DNA of 64,000 bases, taken from assembly GCF_009914755.1 (NCBI RefSeq), contig NC_060926.1; one strand, written 5' to 3'. Within the stretch, counting starts at the first letter, position 1. Each line of letters begins with the position of its first letter. Source of the stretch: the human T2T-CHM13v2.0 reference genome, Homo sapiens. The notes beneath the pieces are model-generated. The model ran no database searches, was not told the origin of the DNA, and was given only the letters and a program-made list of their open reading frames with translations. Shown here piece by piece: positions 53,614 to 64,000 of the stretch. The position numbers and the translations under genes are program-made.

Positions 53614-54889
53614 TCTTTGTCATTTCTGTTCTTTTGGATCTATCCTTAAAGCAGGGTGTGCCCAGCTCAACAGTGCCTGAGGACTGCCCCCTCTGCCTGA
53701 AGCCACCGCCTCCTCGGAGGCCAGGCTGACTGCTGCTTTCATTCCAGCTCCCTTGGACTTGAGGGGGCTCCTAGTGCCTCCTCAGACCGATTTCTAATCT
53801 GGTAGCTGTTTGCAGGCAACTTTTGGAGGGTGGGGTGGCTCTGGCCTGCAGACGCAGAGGTGCTATGCAGTGAGATCATCGTCCTCATATTTTAATTCTT
53901 TAGACATGCTTTCCTTTAGTTTATTTAGCATGTTTTAAACAACAGATTTAACGTCTCTGTCTAATAAATCCAGTCTCTGGGATATTTCAGGAGGTTTCTG
54001 TTGATTTCTCCCCTGTGCATGGGCCATAATTTTTTGTTTATTTGCATGTCTGGTAAGTTTTTGTTAATAACTGGACATTTTAGGTAACATAATGTGGCTA
54101 CTGTGGAAATCAGATTCTCCCTTTACCCAGGTTTTGTGGCTGCAGTTTTGTTTGGTTAGTGACTTCTCTGGACTAATTCTGGAGTCTGCTTTCTGTGTTG
54201 TGTGTGGACCCTGCAAACTCCATTCAGCAGTGCGGTGGGTGGCTAATGATTGGACAGAGATGGCCTTCGACGCCAGAGCTTCCCAGTCCTTGCCAAGGGC
54301 TCTGTGGGGTGATGGGGGTACCTTAAACACTCAGCCAGACCAGCAGCATCTCTGCCCTAGCCTGCACTTTCTGCTGCTCAGAGCGTCAAGGTCACCCAGA
54401 GGTGAGATCTCAGCTGCCCCAGGTCCTTGCTGAGCACTTCCACAGCCCAGGAATGTGCACAGCCTCCCGGGTGCCTGGGAACGTGCACGGCCTCCTAGGA
54501 GCCCGGGAACACGTTGGAGCCTCTGAACGCACCTCTGCACTTTTCACCGCCCAGTTTTTCCTCCTAAGCCTTTTGGTGAGCCCAGTGTCTGCTCCAACGG
54601 CCATGTGCCTCCTCAGCCATGAAATTAGGCAATTTCTTCCACATCATTTTTGACAAATCCCCTTGAGAAAAAGGCTTTTCTTACGGGGGGAGCTCCCAGG
54701 CAGGTCAAATGAGGGCAGGCTTGCAAGTAGGGTTCTCCAGGGAACCGCCAGACGGCGAAATAACGACAGTTCTCAGGATTAAGCCTTCGAAGGAGCTCCA
54801 ACCCCGATCTGCCACTCCCGGCGCTTCCAGGCTGCTGGGTGTTGATGTGATTGTGGCTTTTGGTTTTCAAGGCTCCCGCAGGAGCTGAA

Positions 54890-55260
54890 GAATACAGTGG
54901 ATACCACTCAGCAAGAGAGGAACAAACCACGACCACACAGAGACACGAATCTCAAAATAACTGCGGAACTCAAGAAGCCGGACCAAAAGAACACATTCCA
55001 CGTGACCCATTCATCTACAGCTCTAGAAAATGCAAACTGATCTATGGCGACAGAAAGATGGGAGGCTGCCTGGGATGGGGGCGGGGCGGGAGAGAGGGAG
55101 TATCTAATGGGGCTTGAAGAACCCTTTGAGGGTGATGATGGAGATGTTCGGTATCTGATGTGAGGACAGTTTCAGGAGTGTAGATGGGAGAACTTACCAA
55201 ATGGTACACTTGAAGTAGGTGCAGTTCATTGTATATGAATTATATCTCAATGAAGCTGGG
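54890..55260 (+). mobile_element. Old L1M 3' fragment
   Basis: ...gaatctcaaaataa...tagaaaatgcaaactgatctatggcgacagaaag...tgtatatgaattatatctcaat. Confidence 0.55.
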
Positions 55261-56654
55261 TTTTTTCATGAAAAGATGACCTGGATCTCTCTCTACCTGC
55301 AAACATCTGTCTCCATCTCCTTCTCCTGGCTTCCCCCAGCTCCAGTCTGCCTGCATCCAGAGTTGGCAGGACCCTGTCTCTGTGTGAGATGGCAGCTCCC
55401 AGTGGGTCCCTGTGGACACGGCTCTGCCCTTGCCCACCTCTGCCTGCACAGCTCCCCGGCAAGAGTGCCCCCCTTGCCCTTGCCCTGGTGAACACCTACC
55501 GACTGCCAGCCAAGCCCGTGCGCAGAGCCCCTCCTGCTCTCCCTGTCCAGGGCTCGCCTCTGGTTGTTCTGGAATCCTCTGTGTATGAAACTGCTTCTGT
55601 CCGCAGCAGGTGGCTTTGGAAGGGCACTGGGATGCGGTGGCAGCAGCCGGGCTTCCGCATCTGCTGTTGAAACAAACTCAGCAGCAATCTGGAAACAATC
55701 TAGAAGCCTGGCGGAGCGTCCCGCACCTGTGTTCGGTGGGGGCTGTGCGGTCCTGGCCGCAGCCTGGAGGGGACAGGCCTAGCTGAGGGATGAGCACAGT
55801 CCGCTGCTCTCCTTCCTGCCTCTGCCTCTCTCCTCTATGAGCCCCTGCCCATGGGTGAGGAGGGCCGGACGGTTAGCAGGGGCCCCATGGGGAGGCCCCA
55901 CAGCCACCAGACCCCTGTCCAGCCAACTCCTCCCCTTCAGCCATCGCACCCTGGCATGGCCCCAGAATGCCCTCCTGTTGGGACAGCAAGGGCTGGGGCC
56001 TGGAGGAGCCTTTCCAAGCAGGAGGAGGGAGGCACCACCATGGGGCCTCCTCTTTCCACGGCCCTCCCTCCCCACGCTGGTCTGCACCTGCCCTAGAGAC
56101 CAGAAGCCGGCCAGGCCTGTCCGCAGGTCTGTGTAGCTGGCCCAGGTGGCTGGCGGCCAGGCCAGGGCTGGCCTATGGGTGTCTGGCCCGGCTGGCCACC
56201 GGCCACCTTTCTCCCACTGGCCTTGGCCACAGCCCCACAGCTGGCGCGACGCTGCGACCTTTCCCCTACTTCCAGCTCTGGCCTCCAGATCATTCCAGGC
56301 CCCTGAAGTTTACATGAGTCACATGTCGCTGGCAGACTCCCACCCCGTTCCCTCTTCTTGCTCTGGGTTTAACGGGCCACACTGGAGAGCAGGCATGGGG
56401 CCTTGTGCCCCTGAGCAGGGCCAGGTGTGGGACCAGAGCCTTCGTCGTGCCCAAGGCCTGCAGGCCTCAGAAACCCCAGCCCCACACCATGCCGGTGCTC
56501 CCAGCTTTCCCTGAATGTCATTCGTCATGAGGGCTGAGGTTCAAGGACCCACTTACTCTGGTGGCCACTTACTCTAGAGGCCTGAGTACGCCAGGCTGTG
56601 AAGCTCTGCCAAGTACCTGGGAATCTATATCCATGCGGGGCACCATCTCAAACT

Positions 56655-59600
56655 GCATGAGTCAGGTGGGCAGGCGTGCATATGGGCGAGTCAGGTGGGC
56701 AGGCGTGCGTATGGGCGGGTCAGGTGGACAGGCATGTGTATGGGCAGGTCAGGTGGCCAGGCGTGCGTATGGGCGAGTGAGGTGGGCAGGCAAGTGAGGT
56801 GGGCAGGCGTGCATGTGGGCGAGTCAGGTGGGCAGGCGTGGGTGTGGGCGAGTCTGGACAGGCGTGCATACGGGCGGGTCAGGTGGGCAGGCGTTTGTAT
56901 GGGCGGGTCAGGTGGGCAGACGTGTGTATGGTCGGTTTAGGTGGACAGGCTTGAGTATGGGTGTGCGTATGGACGAGTCAGGTGGACAGGCGTGCGTATG
57001 GGAGAGTCAGGTGGACAGGCGTGCGTATGGGCGAGTCAGGTGGACAGGCGTGCGTATGGGCAAGTCAGGTGGACAGGATTGCGTATGGGAGAGTCAGGTG
57101 GACAGGCGTGCGTATGGGTGTGCGTATGGACGAGTCAGCTGGGCAGGCGTGCGTACAGGCGGGTCAGGTGGGCAGGCGTTTGTATGGGCGGGTCAGGTGG
57201 GCAGGCGTTCTTATGGTCGGGTCAGGTGGGCAGGCGTGCATATGGTCGGGTCAGGTGGACAGGCATGTGTATGGGTGTGCGTATGGACGAGTCAGGTGGA
57301 CAGGCGTGCGTATGGGAGAGTCAGGTGGACAGGCGTGCGTATGGGAGAGTCAGGTGGACAGGCGTGCGTATGAGCGAGTCAGGTGGACAGGCATGCATAT
57401 GGGAGAGTCAGGTGGACAGGCCTGCGTATGAGCAAGTCAGGTGGACAGGCGTGCCTATGGGTGTGCGTATGGGTGAGTCAGGTGGGCAGGCGTGCATATG
57501 GGTGGGTCAGGTGGGCAGGCGTGCGTACGGGCGGGCCAGGTGGGCAGGCATTTGTATGGGCCGGTCAGGTGGGCAGGCGTTCTTATGGTCGGGTCAGGTG
57601 GGCAGGTGTGTGTATGAGCGAGTCAGGTGGGCAGACATGCATACGGGCGGGTCAGGTGGACAGGCGTGTGTACGGGCGGGTCAGGTGGACAGTATTGGCG
57701 TGCGTACGGGCGGGTCAGATGGACAGGATCGCGTACGGGCGGGTCAGGTGGACAGTATTGGCGTGCATACGGGCAGGTCAGATGGACAGGATCGCGTACA
57801 GGCGGGTCAGGTGGACAGGCATGCGTACAGGCGGGTCAGGTGGACAGGCGTGCGTACAGGCGGGTCAGGTGGACAGGCGTGCGTACAGGCGGGTCAGGTG
57901 GGCAGGCATGTGTGTGGGAGAGTCAGGTGGACAGGATTGAGTACGGGCCGGTCAGGTGGACAGGATTGCGTACGGGCGGGTCAGGTGAGCAGGCGTGCGT
58001 ACTGGCGGGTCAGGTGGACAGGATTGCGTACGGGCGGGTCAGGTGGACAGGATTGCGTACGGGCGGGTCAGGTGGGCAGGCGTGCCTATGGTCGGGTCAG
58101 GTGGGCAGGCATGCGTATGGGTGAGTCAGGTGGACAGGATTGCTTATGGGCGGGTCAGGTGGACAGGCGTGCGTATGGGCGAGTCAGGTGGGCAGGCGTG
58201 CGTACGAGCGGGTCAGGTGGACAGGCATGCGTATGGGCGGGTCAGGTGGGCAGGCGTGCGTACGAGCGAGTCAGGTGGACAGGCGTGCGTATGGGCGGGT
58301 CAGGTGGGCAGGCGTGCGTATGAGCGGGTCAGGTGGGCAGGCGTGCGTATGGGCGGGTCAGGTGGGCAGGCGTGCATATGGGTGGGTCAGGTGGACAGGT
58401 GTGCGTATGAGTGTGCGTATGGGCGAGTCAGGTGGGCAGACGTGCATATGAGTGTGCATATGGGTGATTCAGGTGGACACGCGTGGGTATGGGTGGCTCA
58501 CGTGGACAGGCGTGCGTGTCAGCGTGTCACGTGGACAGGCGTGTGTGTGGGCGGGTCAGGTGGGCAGGCGTGTGTATGGGCGGGTCAGGTGGGCAGGCGT
58601 GCATATGGGCGGGTCAGGTGGGCAGGCATGCCTATGGGTGTGCGTATGGGCGAGTCAGGTGGGCAGGCGTGCCTATGGGTGAGTCAGGTGGGCAGGCGTG
58701 TGTATGGGTGTGCATATGGGCGAGTCAGGTGGACAGGCATGCGTATGGGCGGGTCAGGTGGACAGGCATGTGTATGGGCGGGTCAGGTGGACAGACGTGC
58801 GTATGGGTGAGTCAGGTGGGCAGACGTGCGTATGGGTGAGTCAGGTGGACAGGATTGCGTATGGGCGGATCAGGTGGACAGGCGTGCGTATGGGCGAGTC
58901 AGGTGGACAGGATTGCGTATGGTCGGGTCAGGTGGGCAGGCGTGTGTATGGGCAGGTCAGGTGGACAGGACTGAATATGGGGGGGTCAGGTGGGCAGGCG
59001 TGCGTATGGTCGGGTCATGTGGGCAGGCGTGCTTATGGGCAGGTCAGGTGGGCAGGTGTGCATGTGGGAGAGTCAGGTGGACAGGATTGAATATGGGCGG
59101 GTCAGGTGCGCAGACATGCGTATGGCCGGGTCACGTGGGCAGGCGTGCGTTTGGGCGGGTCAGGTGGGCAGGGGTGCATATGGGCGGGTCAGGTGGACAG
59201 GCGCACGTATGGGTGAGTAAGATGGACAGGCATGTGTGTGGGAGAGTCAGGTGAACAGGATTGCTTATGGGCTAGTCAGGTGGACAGGTGTGCGTATGGG
59301 TGTGCCTATGGGAGAGTCAGGTGGACAGGATTGCGTATAGCCGGATCAGGTGGGCAGGCATGCGTATGAGCGAGTCAGGTGGGCAGACATGCGTATGGGC
59401 GGGTCAGGTGGACAGGCGTGTGTATAGGCAGGTCAGGTGGACAGGCGTGCATATGGGTATGTGTATGGGCGGGTCAGGTGGGCAGGCGTGCATACGGGCG
59501 GGTCAGGTGGACAGGCGTGCATACGGGCGGGTCAGGTGGGCAGGCGTTTGTATGGGCGGGTCAGGTGGGCAGGAGTTCTTATGGTCGGGTCAGGTGGGCA

Positions 59601-62600
59601 GGCGTGCATATGGTCGGTTTAGGTGGACAGGCGTGTGTATGGGTGTGCGTATGGACGAGTCAGGTGGGCAGGCATGCGTACAGGCGGGTCAGGTGGGCAG
59701 GCGTTTGTATGGGTGGGTCAGGTGGGCAGGTGTTCTTATGGTCGGGTCAGGTGGGCAGACGTGCATATGGTCGGGTCAGGTGGACAGGCATGTGTATGGG
59801 TGTGCGTATGGACGAGTCAGGTGGACAGGCGTGCGTATGGGAGAGTCAGGTGGACAGGCATGTGTATGGGCGAGTCAGGTGGACACGCGTGCGTATGGGC
59901 AAGTCAGGTGGGCAGGCATGCGTATGGGAGAGTCAGGTGGACAGCCCTGCGTATGAGCGAGTCAGGTGGACAGGATTGCGTATGGGCAAGTCAGGTGGAC
60001 AGGCGTGCGTATGAGTGAGTCAGGTGGACAGGATTGCGTATGGGAGAGTCAGGTGGACAGCCCTGCGTATGAGCGAGTCAGGTGGACAGGATTGCTTATG
60101 GGCAAGTCAGGTGGACAGGCGTGCGTATGAGCGAGTCAGGTGGACAGGATTGCGTATGGGAGAGTCAGGTGGACAGGCGTGCATATGAGCGAGTCAGGTG
60201 GACAGGCATGCGTATGGGAGAGTCAGGTGGACAGGCATGCATATGAGCGAGTCAGGTGGACAGGCGTGCGTATGGGTGTGCATATGGGTGAGTCAGGTGG
60301 GCAGGCGTGCATACGGGCGGGTCAGGTGGGCAGGCGTTTGTGTGGGCCGGTCAGGTGGGCAGGTGTTCTTATGGTCGGGTCAGGTGGACAGGCATGTGTA
60401 TGGGTGTGCGTATGGACGAGTCAGGTGGGCAGGCGTGCGTATGGGAGAGTTAGGTGGACAGGTGTGCGTATGGGTGAGTCAGGTGGACAGGCGTGCATAT
60501 GGGTGTGCGTACGGGCGAGTCAGGTGGGCAGGCGTGCATATGGGTGTGTGTATGGGTGAGTCAGGTGGGCAGGCATGCGTATGAGCGAGTCAGGCGGGCA
60601 GGCGTGCGTATGGGTGAGTCAGGTGGGCAGGAGTGCATATGGGTGTGCGTATGGGTGAGTCAGGTGGGCAGGCATGCGTATGAGCGAGTCAGGTGGGCAG
60701 GCGTGCGTATGGGTGAGTCAGGTGGGCAGGAGTGCATATGGGTGTGCGTATGGGCGAGTCAGGTGGGCAGGCGTGCGTGTGGGCGAGTCAGGTGGGCAGG
60801 CATGCATACGGGCGGGTCAGGTGGGCAGGCTTTCTTATGGTCGGGTCAGGTGGGCAGGCATGCGTACGGGCAGGTCAGGTGGGCAGGCGTGCATACGGGC
60901 AGGTCAGGTGTGCAGGTGTTTGTATGGGCGGGTCAGGTGGGCAGGCGTTCGTATGGTCAGGTCAGGTGGGCAGGTGTTCCTATGGTCAGGTCAGGTGGAC
61001 AGGCGTGCGTATGGGTGTGCATATGGGCGAGTCAGGTGGACAGGCGTGCGTATGGGTGTGTGTATGGGTGAGTCAGGTGGACAGGATTGCGTATGGATGA
61101 GTCAGGTGGACAGGCGTGTGTATGGGTGTGTGTATGGGTGAGTCAGGTGGGCAGGCGTGCGTATGGGCGAGTTAGGTGGACAGGCATGTGTATGGACGAG
61201 TCAGATGGGCAGGTGTGCGTATGGGTGTGCGTATGGGCGAGTCAGGTGGACAGGATTGCGTATGATCGGGTCAGGTGGGCAGGCATGTGTATGGGCAGGT
61301 CAGGTGGACAGGATTGAATATGGGGGGGTCAGGTGGGCAGGCGTGCGTATGGTCGGGTCATGTGGGCAGGCGTGCTTATGGGCGGGTCTGGTGGACAGGC
61401 GTGCATGTGGGAGAGTCAGGTGGGCAGGTGTGCATGTGGGCGAGTCAGGTGGACAGGATTGAATATGGGCGGGTCAGGTGCGCAGACATGCGTATGGTCG
61501 GGTCACGTGGGCAGGCGTGCGTATGGGGGGGTCAGGTGGGCAAGGGTGCATATGGGCGGGTCAGGTGGACAGGCACGCGTATGGGCGAGTAAGGTGGACA
61601 GGCATGTATGTGGGAGAGTCAGGTGAACAGGATTGCTTATGGGCTAGTCAGGTGGACAGGTGTGCGTACGGGTGTGCCTATGGGAGAGTCAGGTGGACAG
61701 GATTGCGTATAGCCGGATCAGGTGGGCAGGCATGCGTATGAGCGAGTCAGGTGGGCAGACATGCGTACGGGCGGGTCAGGTGGACAGGCGTGTGTATGGG
61801 CGGGTCAGGTGGACAGTATTGGCGTGCGTACGGGCGGGTCAGATGGACAGGATCGCGTACGGGCGGGTCAGGTGGACAGGCATGCGTACGGGCGGGTCAG
61901 GTGGACAGGCGTGCGTACGGGCGGGTCAGGTGGGCAGGCATGTGTGTGGGAGAGTCAGGTGGACAGGATTGAGTACGGGCCGGTCAGGTGAGCAGGCGTG
62001 CGTACTGGCGGGTCAGGTGGACAGGATTGCGTACGGGCGGGTCAGGTGGGCAGGCGTGCGTATGGGCGAGTCAGGTGGACAGGATTGCTTATGGGCGGGT
62101 CAGGTGGACAGGCGTGCGTATGGGCGGGTCAGGTGGGCAGGCGTGCGTACGAGTGAGTCAGGTGGACAGGCGTGCGTATGGGCGGGTCAGGTGGGCAGGC
62201 GTGCGTATGGGCGGGTCAGGTGGGCAGGCGTGCATATGGGTGGGTCAGGTGGACAGGATTGGGTATGGGTGAGTCAGGTGGACAGGCGTGCGTATGAGCG
62301 GGTCAGGTGAGCAGGCATGCGTATGGGCGGGTCAGGTGGGCAGGCGTGCATATGGGTGGGTCAGGTGGACAGGTGTGCGTATGAGTGTGCGTATGGGCGA
62401 GTCAGGTGGGCAGACGTGCATATGGGTGTGCATATGGGTGATTCAGGTGGACAGGCGTGCGTATGGGCGGCTCACGTGGACAGGCGTGCGTGTCAGCGTG
62501 TCACGTGGACAGGCGTGTGTGTGGGCGGGTCAGGTGGGCAGGCGTGTGTATGGGCGGGTCAGGTGGGCAGGCGTGCGTATGGGCGGGTCAGGTGGGCAGG

Positions 62601-63080
62601 CATGCCTATGGGTGTGCGTATGGGCGAGACAGGTGGGCAGGCGTGCCTATGGGTGAGTCAGGTGGGCAGGCGTGTGTATGGGTGTGCATATGGGCGAGTC
62701 AGGTGGACAGGCATGCGTATGGGTGGGTCAGGTGGACAGACGTGCGTATGGGTGAGTCAGGTGGGCAGACGTGCGTATGGGTGGGTCAGGTGGGCAGGCG
62801 TGCGTATGGGTGAGTCAGGTGGACAGGTGTGCGTATGGGTGAGTCAGGTGGACAGGCGTGCGTATGGCTGTGCGTTTGGGCGAGTCAGGTGGGCAGACGT
62901 GCGTATGGGCAGTCAGGTGGACAGGCGTGTGTATGGGTGAGTCAGGTGGACCACTGTGTGTACGGGCGAGTCAGGTGGACCGGCGTGCATATGGGCAGGT
63001 CAGGTGGGTAGGCGTGTGTATGGATGTGCATATGGGCGGGTCAGGTGGACAGGTGTGTATATGGGTGTACATGTGTGCAC
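56655..63080 (+). repeat. G-rich minisatellite/VNTR, ~6.4 kb, 29-bp unit GGGCGRGTCAGGTGGRCAGGCGTGCGTAT with 41-bp variants (+GGGTGTGCGTAT), roughly 200 units
   Basis: Directly visible tandem periodicity; near-invariant TCAGGTGGRCAG core. Confidence 0.97.
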
Positions 63081-64000
63081 AGGTGCTACTTTACTCTGTG
63101 TTCAACACGTGTTCGTGGACGTGCTCCAGGCCCAAGGCGAAGGAATAGGATGTAGCAGGGGCAGGGTCTCCGCCCCATACTCAGAGTCCTTGGGCTCCGG
63201 GAAGACACAACCGATAAGTGGTTACGGGGATGCCTGGGAGCTACGGGCACACACAGACCCTCCTGGGCCCAGCATAAGGGCCAGGGAAGACTTCCTGGAG
63301 TCCAAGTGGAAGCTGCAGGGTGAGTAGGAGGAGGGAGGGTGGGTGTCAATGTTCTAGGAGTCAGGGGCGCACAGAGTCCAGAGCAGGCACTCCAAGCATG
63401 GGATGGCTACTCTGGGGATCGCTCGAGCCGCTTGAGCATAGAGCTTATGGAGATGAGGTGGGAGGAGTGAAACCAACTTTAAATTCCCACAGCTCTGCTG
63501 GGACTGCTGGGTCCGGCCATAAGACGGTGACAGATAGCAGACTTACCTTTCCCCCATAAACAACTAGAAAACTAGACAAATTATATGAAGCAACTGTTTT
63601 TAAGCATAGGTGCCATGGCAGGGCTGTGACCCTAGAGAAGGACACACATGAGGGAGTTCCAGCTTCACCCTGGCTCTCTGCCCGGAGGTGTTTGGGGCAT
63701 TTTCTGAACACAGCACAGGGAAGTAGAGCTCAGAGAGTGGTGATGGCATGGGCCGGAGCAGGCAGAGACTGGAGTTCAGGACCACCGAGGGGACTGGAAC
63801 TTGTGGGGTTCCAGAGAGGAGCGGGTTGAGCAGGGAAGGAGCTTCAGACGTTTGCAGAGGAGCTCTCTTGAGTCTTTGAGTGAATACTAAACTGCACGTG
63901 CACAGGATGAGACGGCAAAGTCTGGCAGAGGAGAGCTGCTGGGAGCTGGGAGCAGAAGGGGGTGCCAGAGGATGCACGGGCACAGAGACCTTGGAGTTCT

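Noticed and set aside
56655-63080. Superficially CRISPR-like array of ~29-bp repeats
   Set aside because: Head-to-tail units without unique spacers, eukaryotic context, no cas genes.
56695-63148. Dozens of long + strand ORFs (up to 460 aa) rich in GRVRW/GGSGGQ/AGQVDRRAY
   Set aside because: These are translations of a 29-bp non-triplet minisatellite cycling through all three frames; no splice or domain evidence.

Overview
Primate (almost certainly human, 2p25.1) genomic DNA. Bases 1 to ~48.4 kb hold coding exons 2-16 and the 3'UTR of GRHL1 (grainyhead-like 1, CP2/Grainyhead transcription factor) on the + strand. The first coding exon lies upstream of the window. The 15 exons splice in frame: 1837 nt here plus 20 nt from the missing exon gives 618 aa and a stop. 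One junction needs a non-canonical GC donor. Exon 4 carries a second reading frame that fuses to the DNA-binding domain if exon 5 is skipped. Downstream on the - strand is an intronless, frameshifted TNFSF11 (RANKL) retrocopy fragment. Its out-of-frame 5' part now reads as a signal-peptide-like N-terminus of a 95-aa ORF. An AATAAA lies behind this ORF, and an ERV9/LTR12 solo LTR about 2.2 kb upstream points at it. A ~6.4-kb G-rich 29-bp minisatellite with higher-order duplications lies near the window end. Introns carry many Alus, MIR/MER/L1 relics, a THE1 LTR and a 660-bp alternating purine-pyrimidine tract. Repeat family calls and homology comparisons were made by eye against remembered sequences; no database searches were run.
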